This document shows positions 1 to 9,033 of a DNA stretch of 35,524 bases, piece by piece. Source of the DNA: Desulfobacteraceae bacterium (lineage in GTDB: Bacteria; Desulfobacterota; Desulfobacteria; Desulfobacterales; SpSt-501); assembly GCA_041310895.1 (NCBI GenBank), contig JBFYWT010000002.1, positions 1 through 35,524 on the forward strand, in the 5' to 3' direction. Made by a program: the position numbers and the translations under genes. The notes under the pieces are model-generated. The model saw only the letters and a program-made list of their open reading frames with translations. It had not been told where the DNA came from and made no database searches. Every line of letters starts with the position of its first letter. Position 1 is the first letter of the stretch.

Positions 1-427
1 GCATCCAGTTCTGGCAGACCTGGCCGGTCTCGCCGTAGGTCACCAGTTCGTAGGGGTAGAGGGCCACGTCGAAGTCGAGGTTGTTCTCGATCATCACCTG
101 GAAGGCCTTGCCCTCGATGCATCGGCCCTCGTAGTCGTCGACCGGCCTGCCCTTGATCGGGTCGGCCGGCCGGAAGCGGTAGCCATAGATCCGCCCGCGC
201 GTCGTCAGCTCCTCCAGGAACTCCGGCGCCAGCCTCGGATGCCACTTCTCGGGGATGTAGCGCAGGGCGTTCTTGAGGGCGAGCTCGGTGTCTTTTGGGG
301 ACAGGTTGAAATGCCGGGTCGGAGCCCGGCGGATGCCGGCAACGAAATCCGGCATCGGCGGCAACTCGGCGAAAAGGGTACCGAGTTGAATTTCCATGGA
401 CTTGGCGATGGAGGTGTTGGTGATCAC
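1..427 (-). CDS. hutU: Urocanate hydratase (long UROC1-like form), N-terminal part only; the rest of the gene lies beyond the window start
   Basis: My own reverse-strand translation gives VITNTSIAKSMEIQLG...NLSPKDTELALKNALRYIPEKWHPRLAPEFLEEL..GRIYGYRFRP...FQVMIENNLDFDVALYPYELVTYGETGQVCQNW. This matches the conserved N-terminal urocanase blocks (LALxNALRY, MxNNLDxxVA, ELVTYGG-G). GTG at 427 has AGGA 8 nt upstream; an alternative ATG lies at 397. The ORF is absent from the track because it runs off the edge. Confidence 0.6.
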   Translation of the reverse strand, partial: MITNTSIAKSMEIQLGTLFAELPPMPDFVAGIRRAPTRHFNLSPKDTELALKNALRYIPEKWHPRLAPEFLEELTTRGRIYGYRFRPADPIKGRPVDDYEGRCIEGKAFQVMIENNLDFDVALYPYELVTYGETGQVCQNWM

Positions 428-768
428 GATGACGTTCCTTTTTTTCAGTGAGCGGCCTCATCTCTTTTTGACCGTATGAGCGACTGCTCCGTGTATGCGT
501 CGCCTTGCTCAGTCATGCCTGATTACCTGACTAATACAGAACGTGGTGTAATTCAATCAATGGTTCGTTTGAAAGCGGTTGCGTCTTGACCGGTTGGGGG
601 GATGTAGTATATCAACCAACTCCGACTTAAGGGTTTTCGATGGCCGTTTCGGTTTGACGGCCCAGACCGTCGCCGACGCGATCTTGCGCACACAGCAAGG
701 AACCTCGGAGCAGGAGCTGACAGGAAAAAGCAAGACACCCAAACACTAAACACCGGAGGTAAAGAGAG

Positions 769-1659
769 ATGAAGATCGGATTTGTCGGACTGGGAATCAT
801 GGGCAAGCCCATGGCCAAGAACCTGTTGAAGGCCGGCTATGAGCTGGTGGTTTACGACATTGTTGCAGCACCGGTGGAGGAGGTCGTCAAAGCCGGGGCC
901 AAGGCCGGGTCTTCGCCCAAGGAGGTGGCGGCGCAGGGGGATGTCATCATCACCATGCTCCCCAACTCGCCGCATGTCAAAGAGGCCGTGCTGGGCAAAA
1001 ACGGCGTGATCGAAGGCGCCCGCAAGGGCAGCATCGTGGTGGACATGAGCTCCATCGCGCCCCTGGTGGCGCAGGAAGTGGCCGCCGAACTAATGAAGAA
1101 TGGAGTCGAGATGCTCGATGCGCCGGTCTCCGGCGGCGAACCCAAGGCCATCGACGGCTCGCTTGCCATAATGGTCGGCGGCAAGGCCGCGATCTTCGAG
1201 AAGGTCAAACCGATCCTGCTCAAGATGGGTGCCTCGGCCGTGCTCTGCGGTGAGATCGGCAGCGGCAACGTGACCAAGCTGGCCAATCAGATCATCGTGG
1301 CCCTCAACATCGCGGCCATGTCCGAGGCCTTTGTGCTGGCAGCCAAGGCAGGGGTCGACCCCGGCAAGGTTTTTGACGCCATCAAGGGCGGGCTCGCCGG
1401 CAGCACGGTGCTCAACGCCAAGGCGCCCATGGTGCTCAAGGGCAACTACAAGCCGGGCTTCCGCATCGAGCTGCACATCAAGGACCTGCAGAACGCCCTG
1501 GACACCGCTCACGCCTTGGGAGTCCCGATCCCGTTGACCGGCACGGTCATGGAGATCATGCAGGCCCTGCGGGTCGACGGCAAGCAGAAGGACGACCACG
1601 GCGGGATCATCCAGTTCTACGAGAAGCTGGCCGCGCAACAGGTTCGCAGCCATCTCTAA
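769..1659 (+). CDS. garR: 2-hydroxy-3-oxopropionate (tartronate semialdehyde) reductase
   Basis: 296 aa. Near-colinear with E. coli GarR as I remember it: MKxGFxGLGIMGKPMxKNLLKAGY, ITMLPNSPHVKE, DAPVSGGEPKAIDG, GNVTKLANQxIVALNIAAMSEA, KPGFRIxLHIKDLxNALDT. GGAGG RBS upstream. Confidence 0.9.
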   Translation: MKIGFVGLGIMGKPMAKNLLKAGYELVVYDIVAAPVEEVVKAGAKAGSSPKEVAAQGDVIITMLPNSPHVKEAVLGKNGVIEGARKGSIVVDMSSIAPLVAQEVAAELMKNGVEMLDAPVSGGEPKAIDGSLAIMVGGKAAIFEKVKPILLKMGASAVLCGEIGSGNVTKLANQIIVALNIAAMSEAFVLAAKAGVDPGKVFDAIKGGLAGSTVLNAKAPMVLKGNYKPGFRIELHIKDLQNALDTAHALGVPIPLTGTVMEIMQALRVDGKQKDDHGGIIQFYEKLAAQQVRSHL

Positions 1660-1728
1660 CCTTGGATCGGCTGCAGGCGGTTGATTCATCTGCATGGGAT
1701 CGACGGCCTGCAGTCTGGAGAGCACCGT

Positions 1729-1920
1729 ATGGCGCCTGAAACCGAGCGGCAACGCGGCCAAACGCTCCCCTTGGTCAGCCGGGTCATGGACAAGACCCTC
1801 TCTTACGTGGTGGCGGTCCTGCTGGTGGCCATGCCGGGGACCGTCTTCGGCAACGTGGCTCCCCGCCTTGTGGCGGGCATCTACGACTATGGGGCTTTTG
1901 AAATAGCCCGTAGGTACTGA
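1729..1920 (+). CDS. Small hypothetical membrane or exported protein (63 aa; could start at the internal ATG giving MDKTLSYVVAVLLVAMPG...)
   Basis: In-frame ATG at 1729 preceded by GGAGAG at 6 nt. One hydrophobic helix (LSYVVAVLLVAMPGTVFG). Third codon positions are GC-rich like the flanking genes. It fills the 276-nt garR-hyi gap. I recognise no homology. Confidence 0.3.
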   Translation: MAPETERQRGQTLPLVSRVMDKTLSYVVAVLLVAMPGTVFGNVAPRLVAGIYDYGAFEIARRY

Positions 1921-1935
1921 AAAGGAGAATCGACG

Positions 1936-2715
1936 ATGCCAAAGTTTTGCGCGAACCTGACGATGCTGTTCAATGAAGTGGACTTTCTCGACCGATTTGA
2001 AAAAGCCGCCAAGGCCGGTTTCAAGGGCGTCGAGTACCTGTTTCCATATGCCTGGAAAAAGGAGCAGCTGGTGGAGAAACTCGACGCCTTCGGCCTGAGC
2101 CAGGCGCTACACAATCTACCCGCCGGCGACTGGAACAAGGGCGAGCGGGGCATTGCCTGCCTGCCGGGCCGTGAAACCGAGTTTCAAGAGGGGGTGGGCA
2201 AGGCCATAGAATACGCCAAGGCCTTGAAGTGCCCCCAGGTCAACTGCCTGGCGGGGCTCACCCCTGCGGGCGTGCCCGCGGACAAGGTGCGCAAGACTCT
2301 TGTATCCAACCTGCGTTTTGCCGCCGCCGCCCTTGAGAAAGAAGGCATCCGGCTGCTGGTGGAAGCATTGAACGACAAGGACGTACCGGGTTTTTACCTG
2401 GTGCGCACAGCGGACGTGCTATCCCTCATCAAGGAGGTCGGCCACGCCAGCGTGTATGTGCAGTACGACGTCTACCACATGCAGATCATGGAGGGGAACC
2501 TGACCAAGACCATCCAGGCAAACCTCGACAAGATCGCGCACATCCAGATCGCCGACAACCCCGGCAGGAGCGAGCCCGGAACCGGAGAGATCAACTACCC
2601 CTACCTCTTCAAGGCCATCGACGCGGCCGGCTACAAGGGGTGGATCGGGTGCGAGTACAAGCCCGCCGCAATGACCGAAGACGGGTTAGGCTGGATCCAG
2701 CCCTTCCGACGATAG
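1936..2715 (+). CDS. hyi: Hydroxypyruvate isomerase
   Basis: 259 aa. Strong resemblance to E. coli Hyi: FxANLxMLF, FLxRFEKAA..GFxGVE, HNLPAGDW..GERGIAC, PGTGEINYxYLF, GWxGCEYKP. Confidence 0.9.
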   Translation: MPKFCANLTMLFNEVDFLDRFEKAAKAGFKGVEYLFPYAWKKEQLVEKLDAFGLSQALHNLPAGDWNKGERGIACLPGRETEFQEGVGKAIEYAKALKCPQVNCLAGLTPAGVPADKVRKTLVSNLRFAAAALEKEGIRLLVEALNDKDVPGFYLVRTADVLSLIKEVGHASVYVQYDVYHMQIMEGNLTKTIQANLDKIAHIQIADNPGRSEPGTGEINYPYLFKAIDAAGYKGWIGCEYKPAAMTEDGLGWIQPFRR

Positions 2716-2792
2716 CGGCACCGGCTTACGCCGACAGGGTCTTAAAAGCCATAGCGCCTCCGAGTTACTACTTTTCCCGAAATAGTACCGTC

Positions 2793-2830
2793 ATGCCGGA
2801 ATTGATCCGGCATCCAAAAATCCACTGGAT
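2793..2830. repeat. Cluster of short palindromes (REP-like) downstream of hyi
   Basis: ATGCCGGA-attga-TCCGGCAT (2793-2813) followed by ATCCA-c-TGGAT (2820-2830). The conceptual translation (MPELIRHP..WIPG) resembles repeat-derived pseudo-ORFs commonly mis-annotated in proteobacterial genomes. Confidence 0.3.
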
Positions 2831-2875
2831 TCCGGGCGGTATTAGGGGATACCCTATTTCACTGTTGTCCCAACG

Positions 2876-3273
2876 TTAATCAAATAATTGCAGTTGGTTA
2901 GAGGTTGAGCGATTCTGATCTATGCAGGCAGTGCTTGCGAGCGCCCGATCTAAGGGCGTTTTCTCAAATAAGGCGACACTTAAATTCTGTAAAATTGTGT
3001 AGAGGCTCTGCTCCAGTTTCATCTTCTTCTTTACGATGGCCTCCAGCACGTAGACGGTGATGGCGATCCATAATTAATGGAAAAGGTGCCGGGTTGCAGG
3101 TGCTCCGGCGCAAAGGAGCTTCCACCGACGTGCCCCCTCACCCCCGTACTTTGAATGGCGCCAGCCATGAACGCGACTGTGATTGTCTCCACCTGCGGCC
3201 TGGTAAACCCCAAAAACCGCTTGACAGCAGTTTGAAAAAATGCAAAATGTTTCGCATTACTAAAATTTTGCAA
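2876..3273 (-). pseudogene. Decayed 3' end of an IS4-family DDE transposase gene (no intact ORF, no terminal inverted repeat identified)
   Basis: Reverse translation of 2876-3070 gives WIAITVYVLEAIVKKKMKLEQSLYTILQNLSVALFEKTPLDRAL...QLFD*. This is the characteristic C-terminal tail of IS4-family transposases, with a stop directly upstream of the W. A different frame (3031-3273) carries FFQTAVKRFLGFTRPQVETI, which resembles the preceding FFKWIKQ.LKIK.FLGTS.NAV.TQ block. The region is AT-richer than its flanks. Confidence 0.55.
3221..3272 (+). promoter_or_regulatory. Candidate sigma-70 promoter plus inverted-repeat operator upstream of the RpiR gene
   Basis: TTGACA (3221-3226), 16 nt, CAAAAT (3243-3248). 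An 8-bp inverted repeat TGCAAAAT (3241-3248) / ATTTTGCA (3265-3272) overlaps the -10 element and the predicted start site. Confidence 0.3.
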
Positions 3274-3284
3274 AAATCATTGCC

Positions 3285-4217
3285 ATGACCCCTAAAGAGA
3301 AATTCATTGCCCGCCTTCGAAACAACGAAACCAACTTCACGCCCAGTGATCGGAAAATAGCTGAGTATCTGATTCATGCCTATCCGGGGGGCATGCTGGA
3401 AACCGCCACGGAAATGTCCGGCAAGATCGGGCTTAACGTATCCACGATCACCCGGTTTTTTCCCAAAGTGGGGTTTGCCAGCATCCGCGAGGCCCAGGAA
3501 GAATTCAGAAACGAACTGGATTTCCTCCGCAACTCGCCGTTGGATCGCTACCACCGGCAAGACGAAGAGGCGGGCAGGGCAGAGGACCTCTCCGATAGAG
3601 CCTGGAAACTTGATCTCGCCAACCTTCAGCAGACCTATCAGGCTGTTTCCAGGCAGAAAGTGGAATCGTTTGTCGACCTGCTTTCAGGAAACCGTTCTGC
3701 GATCTACATCATTGGCGAGCGCAAAATGTTCGCGCTCTCATTTTACCTCTACGTTCAGATGCACACGCTTCATCCTCGAGTGATCCATGTTAAAACGGAC
3801 CAGTCGATGATTGCGGACGTCATCATCAACGTCAAACCGGATGATGTTCTCATCGCCTTTGATTTCAGGCGTTATCCCCAGGTTAATTTCGAGCTTGCCA
3901 GGATCTTCCGGCGCATCGGGGGAAAAATCATCGTCATCGGTGATTCGGTCCTATCCCCCAGCAGCAAACTGGCCGACCTGCAGTTTGTCGTCGAAAGCAA
4001 GGGGGTCTCCATCTTTGATTCCTACACGGCGGGGTTTGCGCTGATCAATTCCCTGCTGGCCCGGTTGACTCAAAGCATGGGGGATTATGTCCGTGAGCGA
4101 TATGAACGGCTCGAGGAATACTACCGGCAATTCGAAATTTTTTCGAGCCAACAGGTCAATATCAACATGAGCAAACTACCTTCGAAAACGAGCCGCATGT
4201 CAAGAAGGGCCACATGA
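3285..4217 (+). CDS. MurR/RpiR-family transcriptional regulator (HTH_6 + SIS domain)
   Basis: 310 aa. N-terminal RpiR-type HTH (SDRKIAEYLI......ETATEMSGKIGLNVSTITRF..KVGF) and a C-terminal SIS-like region (IYIIGERKMFALSFYL). About 48% GC in a hand-counted 60-nt sample. Confidence 0.8.
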   Translation: MTPKEKFIARLRNNETNFTPSDRKIAEYLIHAYPGGMLETATEMSGKIGLNVSTITRFFPKVGFASIREAQEEFRNELDFLRNSPLDRYHRQDEEAGRAEDLSDRAWKLDLANLQQTYQAVSRQKVESFVDLLSGNRSAIYIIGERKMFALSFYLYVQMHTLHPRVIHVKTDQSMIADVIINVKPDDVLIAFDFRRYPQVNFELARIFRRIGGKIIVIGDSVLSPSSKLADLQFVVESKGVSIFDSYTAGFALINSLLARLTQSMGDYVRERYERLEEYYRQFEIFSSQQVNINMSKLPSKTSRMSRRAT

Positions 4218-5788
4218 CCGATTACCTCATCAAAAACGCCATTCTGGTTGACGGATCGGGAAGCCTCCCCTTTTCAGGAGATCTTGCGATTCGAGGCGCC
4301 CGTATTCATCAAATCGGCCGAATCGAAAACCGGGAGGCAAGAGTCACTATCGATGCCGCCGGCAAGGTGCTTGCCCCCGGCTTCATCGACATGCACAGCC
4401 ATTCCGATCTCCTGCTGGCCAACGGCCGACCGCTTGCCCACAAAATCGCGCAAGGCGTGACCACCGAGGTCATCGGGCAGGACGGGATTTCGGCGGCGCC
4501 CCTGACCCCGGAATCCATGACTCACATGGCCGACATCATCGAGCCGCTCGCGGGGAAGCTGAAGCGGGAGTGGCGCGCCTGGGATATGAAAGGGTTTCTT
4601 TCCGCCCTCACGCATGTCGGGATTCAGACCAATGCCGTGACGCTGACGGGCCACTGCAACCTGCGCCTGGCGGTCGTGGGGTACAAGATGGCCGCCGCAT
4701 CGCCCGAGGAGCTGCGCAGGATGCAAGCCCTCTTGGCACAGAGCTTCGATCAGGGGTCCTACGGATTGTCCGTGGGCTTGATCTATCCTCCGAGCAGCTA
4801 TTCGAACACACCGGAAATCGTTGCTCTGGGTGAAACGGTCAGCCGTTACGACCGCATTCTGGTCGCTCATATCCGCGACGAGCAGGACGGTTTGATGGGC
4901 GCGCTGGAGGAGATGATCACGGTCGGTCGGTTGAGCGGCTGCCGGGTGCATATCTCCCATCTCAAATGCATGGGAAGGCGCAACTGGGGCAAAATGGCTC
5001 AGGTGTTGGAACGATTGGACCGGGCGCTGCAAGAGGGTGTCCGGGTGTCGTTTGATCAATACCCCTACGATGCGTCCAGCACGACTCTCGCGCTTCTTCT
5101 GCCCGGGTGGGCCATGGAAGGCGGTTGGGAGGGTTTCCGGCATCGTGTCGCAGATCCCGCCGTGCGTCGTGAGGTTCTGGCCGGCATCAAGGAGGCTATT
5201 GATAACCGCGGCGGGCCCGCGTCCATCCGGATCGCATCCGTGCCGGTGGGAGAGGGCCGAGCCCTGGCTGGCAAGGACATCGGCGCCATCGCCGATGCGT
5301 GGCGGGTTCCACCGGCGGAGACGGTCTACCGGATTCTGTGCGAAGCCCAGCTGAGGGTGATCGCCATTTATCATGCCATGTCGTCTCAGGACGTCGAATT
5401 GGCCATGAAGCATCGGCTGCATTCAGTCGGCAGTGACGGAGTCCTGGGGGATCATCCGCATCCCCGCGCCTACGGTACGTTTCCTCGAATTATCGGACGG
5501 TTTCACGCGGCCAAAGGGCTTTTCCCGCTGGAAGAAGCAATCCGGAAAATGACCTCCTGGCCGGCCGAGATCATGAGGATCAGCAACCGCGGAATTCTGG
5601 CAGATGGCCGTTTTGCCGACCTAGTGATATTCGACCCCAACGAGTTCATCGATCGCGCCGATTACGACCATCCCACGCAGGCACCCGCCGGATTGGATTG
5701 GGTGTTTATCAACGGAGAGCCGGTTCTGAAAAAGGGACAGCCCTTTGAAGATGTGTTTTCGGGTCATGTGCTGGTTCCGGGGCCATAG
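4214..5788 (+). CDS. N-acyl-D-amino-acid deacylase (D-aminoacylase), amidohydrolase superfamily
   Basis: 524 aa. N-terminal YLIKNAxLVDGSG...DLAIRGxRI..IG...A..xIDAxGKVLAPGFIDMHSHSD, typical of D-aminoacylases. The start overlaps the RpiR stop by 4 nt (ATGA). Confidence 0.8.
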   Translation: MTDYLIKNAILVDGSGSLPFSGDLAIRGARIHQIGRIENREARVTIDAAGKVLAPGFIDMHSHSDLLLANGRPLAHKIAQGVTTEVIGQDGISAAPLTPESMTHMADIIEPLAGKLKREWRAWDMKGFLSALTHVGIQTNAVTLTGHCNLRLAVVGYKMAAASPEELRRMQALLAQSFDQGSYGLSVGLIYPPSSYSNTPEIVALGETVSRYDRILVAHIRDEQDGLMGALEEMITVGRLSGCRVHISHLKCMGRRNWGKMAQVLERLDRALQEGVRVSFDQYPYDASSTTLALLLPGWAMEGGWEGFRHRVADPAVRREVLAGIKEAIDNRGGPASIRIASVPVGEGRALAGKDIGAIADAWRVPPAETVYRILCEAQLRVIAIYHAMSSQDVELAMKHRLHSVGSDGVLGDHPHPRAYGTFPRIIGRFHAAKGLFPLEEAIRKMTSWPAEIMRISNRGILADGRFADLVIFDPNEFIDRADYDHPTQAPAGLDWVFINGEPVLKKGQPFEDVFSGHVLVPGP

Positions 5789-5880
5789 GCCGGACACCCG
5801 TTTCTGAACCGAAGGAGAACTCCTGCCCCCCACCGGGCATAGCTCTTTCGACAACCGTAAAACCCCAAGGAGGTGTTAAG

Positions 5881-6945
5881 ATGCCGCAACAATCGAATCG
5901 ATGGAAGTGGTTGGTTGCCAGCATGGCGCTGATGCTGCTGGTCGCACCGGCCGGCGGTGTGCTCGCCAAGCAGATCACCTTGACCCTGGCCGACTCGACC
6001 GCGCCGACCGGCTTGCGGGGCAACGGCGTCACGGTATTCGTCGAAGAGGTCGAAAAGCACACCAATGGACAGGTCAAAATCCAGGTGCACTGGGGCGAGT
6101 CCCTGTTGAAAGAAAAAGAGATTCTGTCCGGCGTTCGCGACGGCATCGTGGATATCGGCTACATCAACCCGAACTACTACCCCAAGGAGCTGTTGAACAC
6201 CGGCGCATTCGCCCTTTTCCCTCAGGGGCCGAGAAAGTTCACCAATATGTACTGGTTGTATGCCAGGAGCTTCGAAGAGATTCCGGCGCTGAAGGCTGAA
6301 CTGGAACGATTCAAGCTGAAGCCGATCTACACCACGGCCGTCCTCCCCGTGGCGGTGACCTCGACCAAACCCTTTACCCGATTCTCCGATTTCAGCGGCA
6401 AGCGCATCCGGGCGGCTAGCCGGTGGTGGCTGGGACAGCTGAAGGGCGCCGCCGCCATCCCGGTTTCCATCCCGTGGGGCGACACGTACATGGCGCTGCA
6501 AACCGGCACCATCGAGGGAGTCTATACCAACATCGATGGTATCCACCGCACCAAGCTGGATGAGGTGGGCAAACACATTTACACCTGCCGGGAACTGTGG
6601 ATCGGGGTCCCGTTCATATACACCATCAACACCGCCAAATGGAGCTCTCTACCCCCGGCGGTACAGACTCAGATCCTTAAGGCCGGCGAAGCGGCGGCCA
6701 AACGTTACGAGCAGCTGTTCGAAGACGAGTGGAACCGCATTGCAGCCGAGCAGAAAAGCATGGGGTGCACCATAACGGCTGCTTCCGCCGAGGATATCGC
6801 CAAATGGGTCTCCATGCCGGTGGTCGACGAGTTGCAGCGTGAATGGCAGAAAGAGTCCGAGGCGGCGGGCAACAAAGAGGCGGCCGCACTTCTGGGCAAG
6901 ATGAAAAGCCTCATCGACGAGGCGATCGCGCGCGAAAAGAAATAG
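5881..6945 (+). CDS. dctP: TRAP transporter substrate-binding protein (DctP family)
   Basis: 354 aa with a signal peptide (WKWLVASMALMLLVAPAGGVLA) and a DctP-like body. AAGGAGG RBS. Followed by the Q and M subunits. Confidence 0.8.
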   Translation: MPQQSNRWKWLVASMALMLLVAPAGGVLAKQITLTLADSTAPTGLRGNGVTVFVEEVEKHTNGQVKIQVHWGESLLKEKEILSGVRDGIVDIGYINPNYYPKELLNTGAFALFPQGPRKFTNMYWLYARSFEEIPALKAELERFKLKPIYTTAVLPVAVTSTKPFTRFSDFSGKRIRAASRWWLGQLKGAAAIPVSIPWGDTYMALQTGTIEGVYTNIDGIHRTKLDEVGKHIYTCRELWIGVPFIYTINTAKWSSLPPAVQTQILKAGEAAAKRYEQLFEDEWNRIAAEQKSMGCTITAASAEDIAKWVSMPVVDELQREWQKESEAAGNKEAAALLGKMKSLIDEAIAREKK

Positions 6946-7024
6946 CACCCGGGTCGGGGAAGGAGGCCTTACCGAGTGACCCCTCGCCTCCCTCCCCCCC
7001 CGCCTAATCGGAAGGGCCGGCGAA

Positions 7025-7519
7025 ATGAAAGCGATGCTGTCTAAAATCAGCCAGCTGTCATCCGAGATCAGCGGCTGGCTGCTGATCGTCATCATGCTGC
7101 TCCTGATGATCGATATTTTCGGCCGGGGTTTGTCCCGACCGGTTCACGGTGTCAGTGAGTTGGCTGTCTTCGCCATGGTGGCTGTGGTCTATTTGGGAAT
7201 AGCGCAGACTGAAAAAAAACGGGGACACGTCAGGGTCGCGGCGGTAATCTCCCGGCTTCCGGCCCGGGTAAGGCCGCTGATCGAAGGGGCCGTCTATCTC
7301 CTCGCGCTGCTCACCGGAGCGCTGGTCGTCTGGGCGGTCGCCGTCAATGCCGTGTCCTCCTTCACCTCCGATGAAGCGGTGGCCGGGACCGTTCCCCTGC
7401 CAGTATGGCCTGTGAAATTCGTCATTCTTGCCGGATGCATCTTCTATTGGTTCCAGATTCTGTTCAATGCCATCGAGGAGCTGCAGCGAGCGCGTTCAAA
7501 CAACTCCACTGAGCCTTAA
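7025..7519 (+). CDS. dctQ: TRAP transporter small permease (DctQ family)
   Basis: 164 aa with four hydrophobic helices. Sits between the DctP and DctM genes. Confidence 0.8.
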   Translation: MKAMLSKISQLSSEISGWLLIVIMLLLMIDIFGRGLSRPVHGVSELAVFAMVAVVYLGIAQTEKKRGHVRVAAVISRLPARVRPLIEGAVYLLALLTGALVVWAVAVNAVSSFTSDEAVAGTVPLPVWPVKFVILAGCIFYWFQILFNAIEELQRARSNNSTEP

Positions 7520-7558
7520 AACGTCCTTTGTCCGGTTCTGCGACGGGAGGCGATACGA

Positions 7559-8878
7559 ATGGACCCGGTCACCGTTGGGATTTATGCGGTCATGGCGTTG
7601 TTCCTGCTGCTGGCGCTCAGCCTGCACATCGCTGTCAATTTCATCCTGGTGGGATTCGTCGCCACAGCCGTGTTGCTGGGTGCGAACGCAGCCCTCTCGT
7701 TGCTGGGCCAGACTATGTACTATTCCATCGCCTCCCCGAGTTTCACGGCGCTTCCGCTGTTCGTCCTGATGGGCGCCTTCGGTTCGAACGGCGGATTCGC
7801 CCAGAGGGTCTACGACGGGATTCATACCGCCGCGTCCGGCCTGCCGGGCTCTTTGGGGATCACCACCTGCTTCGGCTGTGCGGCCTTCGGGGCCGTGTCC
7901 GGATCTTCCTTGGCGGCGTCCGCGATTTTCGGCCGACTGGCGCTGCCTGAGATGAAGCGGCACAACTACGACAAGGCCTTCGCCCTGGGTACCATCGCCG
8001 CAGCAGGGACGTTTGCGGCCATGATACCGCCCTCCACGCTTTTCATCATCTATGCCATTTTCACCGAGCAGTCGGTCGGCAAGCTGTTCATTGCAGGCAT
8101 CATTCCAGGGCTGATCACGGCGGTGATTTACTCCTTGTCGATCATCCTCCGGGTACGGATGAACCCCAAACTGGCGCCCGGGATTCCCGGTGCGTCCCGC
8201 GCCAGCGCGCGCGAGCGGGCGCTGGCGCTGGTGCGTACCTGGCCTGTCGCGGTTCTGGCGGCCCTGGTCCTGGGCGGCATTTACAGCGGTCTCTTCACCC
8301 CCACGGAGGCAGGCGCCGCGGGCGCCGCCGCCACGCTCCTGTTCGGCATGGTGTTCGGCAAGCTGCGTGAATCCCGGTTTGTGCGGGAGGCGCTGCGCGA
8401 ATCGGCGGAAACCACCTCCATGGTATTTTTCATCATCGTGGGGGCGTTGTTCTTCACCCGTGTGCTGGCCATCACCCGCATTCCGGTCGCCCTGACTGAG
8501 TTCGTCCTGGGACTGAATGTGCCGGGGTTTGTAATTCTAATTGCCATCATCGCCCTTTGGTTCGTTCTGGGCATGATCATTATCCCGACCGGCATCTGTG
8601 CCCTGACCTTGCCCATCGTCTACCCCATCATCGTCAAGCTGGGCTACGACCCCATCTGGTTCGGCGTCATTTTCATGAAGCTCGTTGAAATCGCGGCGGT
8701 CACCCCGCCGGTCGGGCTCAACGTGTTTGCGCTGAAAGGAGTGGCCGGCGACGAGGCGACCATCGAAGAGATTTACAGAGGGATTTGGCCGTTCGTGCTC
8801 TGCGATGTGGTCGTCTTGGTTCTACTCATCCTTTTCCCTGGCATTTCGCTGCTTCTACCAAAATTGATGTTGGGCTAA
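7559..8878 (+). CDS. dctM: TRAP transporter large permease (DctM family)
   Basis: 439 aa polytopic membrane protein with DctM-like blocks (PLFVLMG, GSLGITT..GCAAFGAVSGSS.A, GIIPGL). Confidence 0.85.
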   Translation: MDPVTVGIYAVMALFLLLALSLHIAVNFILVGFVATAVLLGANAALSLLGQTMYYSIASPSFTALPLFVLMGAFGSNGGFAQRVYDGIHTAASGLPGSLGITTCFGCAAFGAVSGSSLAASAIFGRLALPEMKRHNYDKAFALGTIAAAGTFAAMIPPSTLFIIYAIFTEQSVGKLFIAGIIPGLITAVIYSLSIILRVRMNPKLAPGIPGASRASARERALALVRTWPVAVLAALVLGGIYSGLFTPTEAGAAGAAATLLFGMVFGKLRESRFVREALRESAETTSMVFFIIVGALFFTRVLAITRIPVALTEFVLGLNVPGFVILIAIIALWFVLGMIIIPTGICALTLPIVYPIIVKLGYDPIWFGVIFMKLVEIAAVTPPVGLNVFALKGVAGDEATIEEIYRGIWPFVLCDVVVLVLLILFPGISLLLPKLMLG

Positions 8879-8939
8879 TGTCCGCCCCACGATGGGATCG
8901 CCGATAGCCGGCGCGAGGCTCGGTAAATGGATGCCAGCT

Positions 8940-8961
8940 GGTTCAAATCCCCTCTCCTGCA
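8940..8961 (+). other. Isolated tRNA 3'-end-like fragment (T-loop plus acceptor 3' strand); not an intact tRNA
   Basis: GGTTCAAATCCCCTCTCCTGCA contains the canonical GGTTCAAATCC T-loop context. The complementary 5' T-stem and the 5' acceptor strand are absent upstream. Confidence 0.25.
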
Positions 8962-9033
8962 GTCCATCGGACGCCAGGTGACGTTCGGCGATCACCGAAA
9001 AGGAAAAAGCCTGTCGGCCGCTCCGGCGTTCGG

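Noticed and set aside
239-451. 70-aa plus-strand ORF at the left edge.
   Set aside because: It lies antisense to the urocanase N-terminus, which has strong family motifs.
2640-2879. 79-aa ORF overlapping the end of hyi and the palindrome cluster (..VMPELIRHPKIHWIPGGIRGYP..).
   Set aside because: It overlaps hyi out of frame, and its distal part is the translation of a palindromic repeat, a known source of spurious ORFs.
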